Shown: positions 31,495-32,000 of the stretch, piece by piece | How the letters are laid out: every line of letters starts with the position of its first letter | Position numbering within the stretch: the first letter of the stretch is position 1 | Assembly: GCA_004563595.2 (NCBI GenBank) | Contig: CP042461.1 | Coordinates: 1,110,001 to 1,142,000, forward strand | Source: Candidatus Saccharimonadota bacterium | GTDB taxonomy: Bacteria; Patescibacteriota; Gracilibacteria; BD1-5; UBA6164 | DNA: 32,000 nt | Direction: 5' to 3' | Notes under the pieces: generated by a model | The model's input: the letters and a program-made list of their open reading frames with translations, nothing else | Told to the model about the DNA's origin: nothing | Databases searched by the model: none | Program-made: the position numbers and the translations under genes

Positions 31495-32000
31495 TTATAT
31501 ATTTATTAAATCACTCTGCCCATATGCAGAAATATACTCGTCAAATATTCCATAACAATCATCTTTAAAATCACACTTTCCACATTCTGGTAAATATGAT
31601 CTTCTTCCATAATCAGTATTATAGAGCTTATTCTCATATACCTCAGTTATATAATTTATCTTTTCAGTCTTCAGGTCAGCCCTTTTTTCTAAATCTCATA
31701 AAAATAAACATAGAGGGAATCAATCCCAGTATATTTTAATACCTTTTCCGTCAAACATTTCTATTGCTGATTTTATATTAAGAGAGGCTTCTTTCGGTGA
31801 ACAGAATAATGCATCATTATTTCAAGCACCAGAGGGTTCTAAAAGAGAAAACTTAATACTTAAGTTTTCATACGAAGTCTTTAAAAGACCATTCAAAGTG
31901 TCCTCTATGGAAGATAAATTATCAGAAATAACCACATAATTTAAAAATAATGAATCAAAACTTCTTTTTTTCAAAGAACCTATGATCTTTATGACTCATT
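31495..32000 (-). CDS. C-terminal part of a further radical SAM protein (5' end lies outside the window)
   Basis: ...IKIYWDGFPLCLFLGDLEK...RSYLPECGKCDFKDDCYGIFDEYISAYGQSDLINI*. The tail closely parallels module 2 of the double radical SAM protein (YVPLCHF...KKCEGCKLYDKCEGIWTTYYDKLGDSEL). The CX3CX2C motif itself is not in the window. Confidence 0.55.

Noticed and set aside
1-32000. The fragmented standard-code ORFs could mean a decayed, pseudogene-rich region
   Set aside because: Every interruption I examined is TGA, never TAA or TAG. The TGA codons sit at conserved glycines of intact catalytic motifs, and frames are maintained across 1-2.8 kb. Recoding explains the fragmentation; gene decay does not.
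1-32000. Genetic code 4 (TGA = Trp, Mycoplasma-type) as the explanation
   Set aside because: TGA aligns to Gly in GGDEF, GDGG, AGGGGS, IQEGN.GL, KGGIRFH, GGEP and GxGY. Conserved Trp positions (WWIRQ, IWT) are TGG.
1-32000. CRISPR arrays, tRNA/rRNA genes, transposases or integrases
   Set aside because: I saw no regularly spaced direct repeats and no GC-rich cloverleaf-sized segments in the intergenic regions (all are 233 nt or shorter and AT-rich). No ORF has transposase or integrase motifs. tRNAscan or Infernal would be needed to exclude small RNAs formally.

Overview
This is an AT-rich bacterial window that only makes sense under genetic code 25 (TGA = Gly; NCBI table 25, Candidate Division SR1 / Gracilibacteria). 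The supplied standard-code ORF track is fragmented to 155 aa or less. Reading through TGA, with only TAA and TAG as stops, gives 27 tightly packed ORFs, and TGA falls on invariant glycines of well-known motifs. I checked every long ORF by hand for in-frame TAA/TAG, and both ends agree in frame.

Left to right, bases 1-18,000 hold core and metabolic genes:
- ATP-citrate lyase aclB/aclA
- a GT2 glycosyltransferase
- an aldehyde dehydrogenase
- a TPP-dependent acetolactate-synthase-like enzyme
- a gdh / histidine kinase / OmpR-regulator operon
- yraN and tmk
- a GGDEF cyclase
- two hypothetical genes
- dnaG-rpoD

Bases 18,046-32,000 are the unusual part:
- a 928-aa secreted Cys-rich surface protein
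- an HExxH-motif protein resembling aKG-HExxH peptide beta-hydroxylases
- a divergent A24-type membrane aspartic peptidase-like protein
- a split PEP-utilising (rifampicin-phosphotransferase / PpsA-like) phosphotransferase
- a fused double radical SAM protein
- a 172-aa hypothetical protein and a TPR-like protein
- three tandem paralogous small radical SAM proteins with overlapping reading frames
- a further radical SAM gene running off the right edge

That makes six radical SAM domains in five ORFs. No precursor peptide is visible in the window. I propose this as a candidate undescribed RiPP-like or protein-modification system in a recoded candidate-phyla-radiation bacterium.

I saw no rRNA, tRNA, CRISPR array or transposase. 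All family assignments rest on motif recognition by eye; no database search was run.
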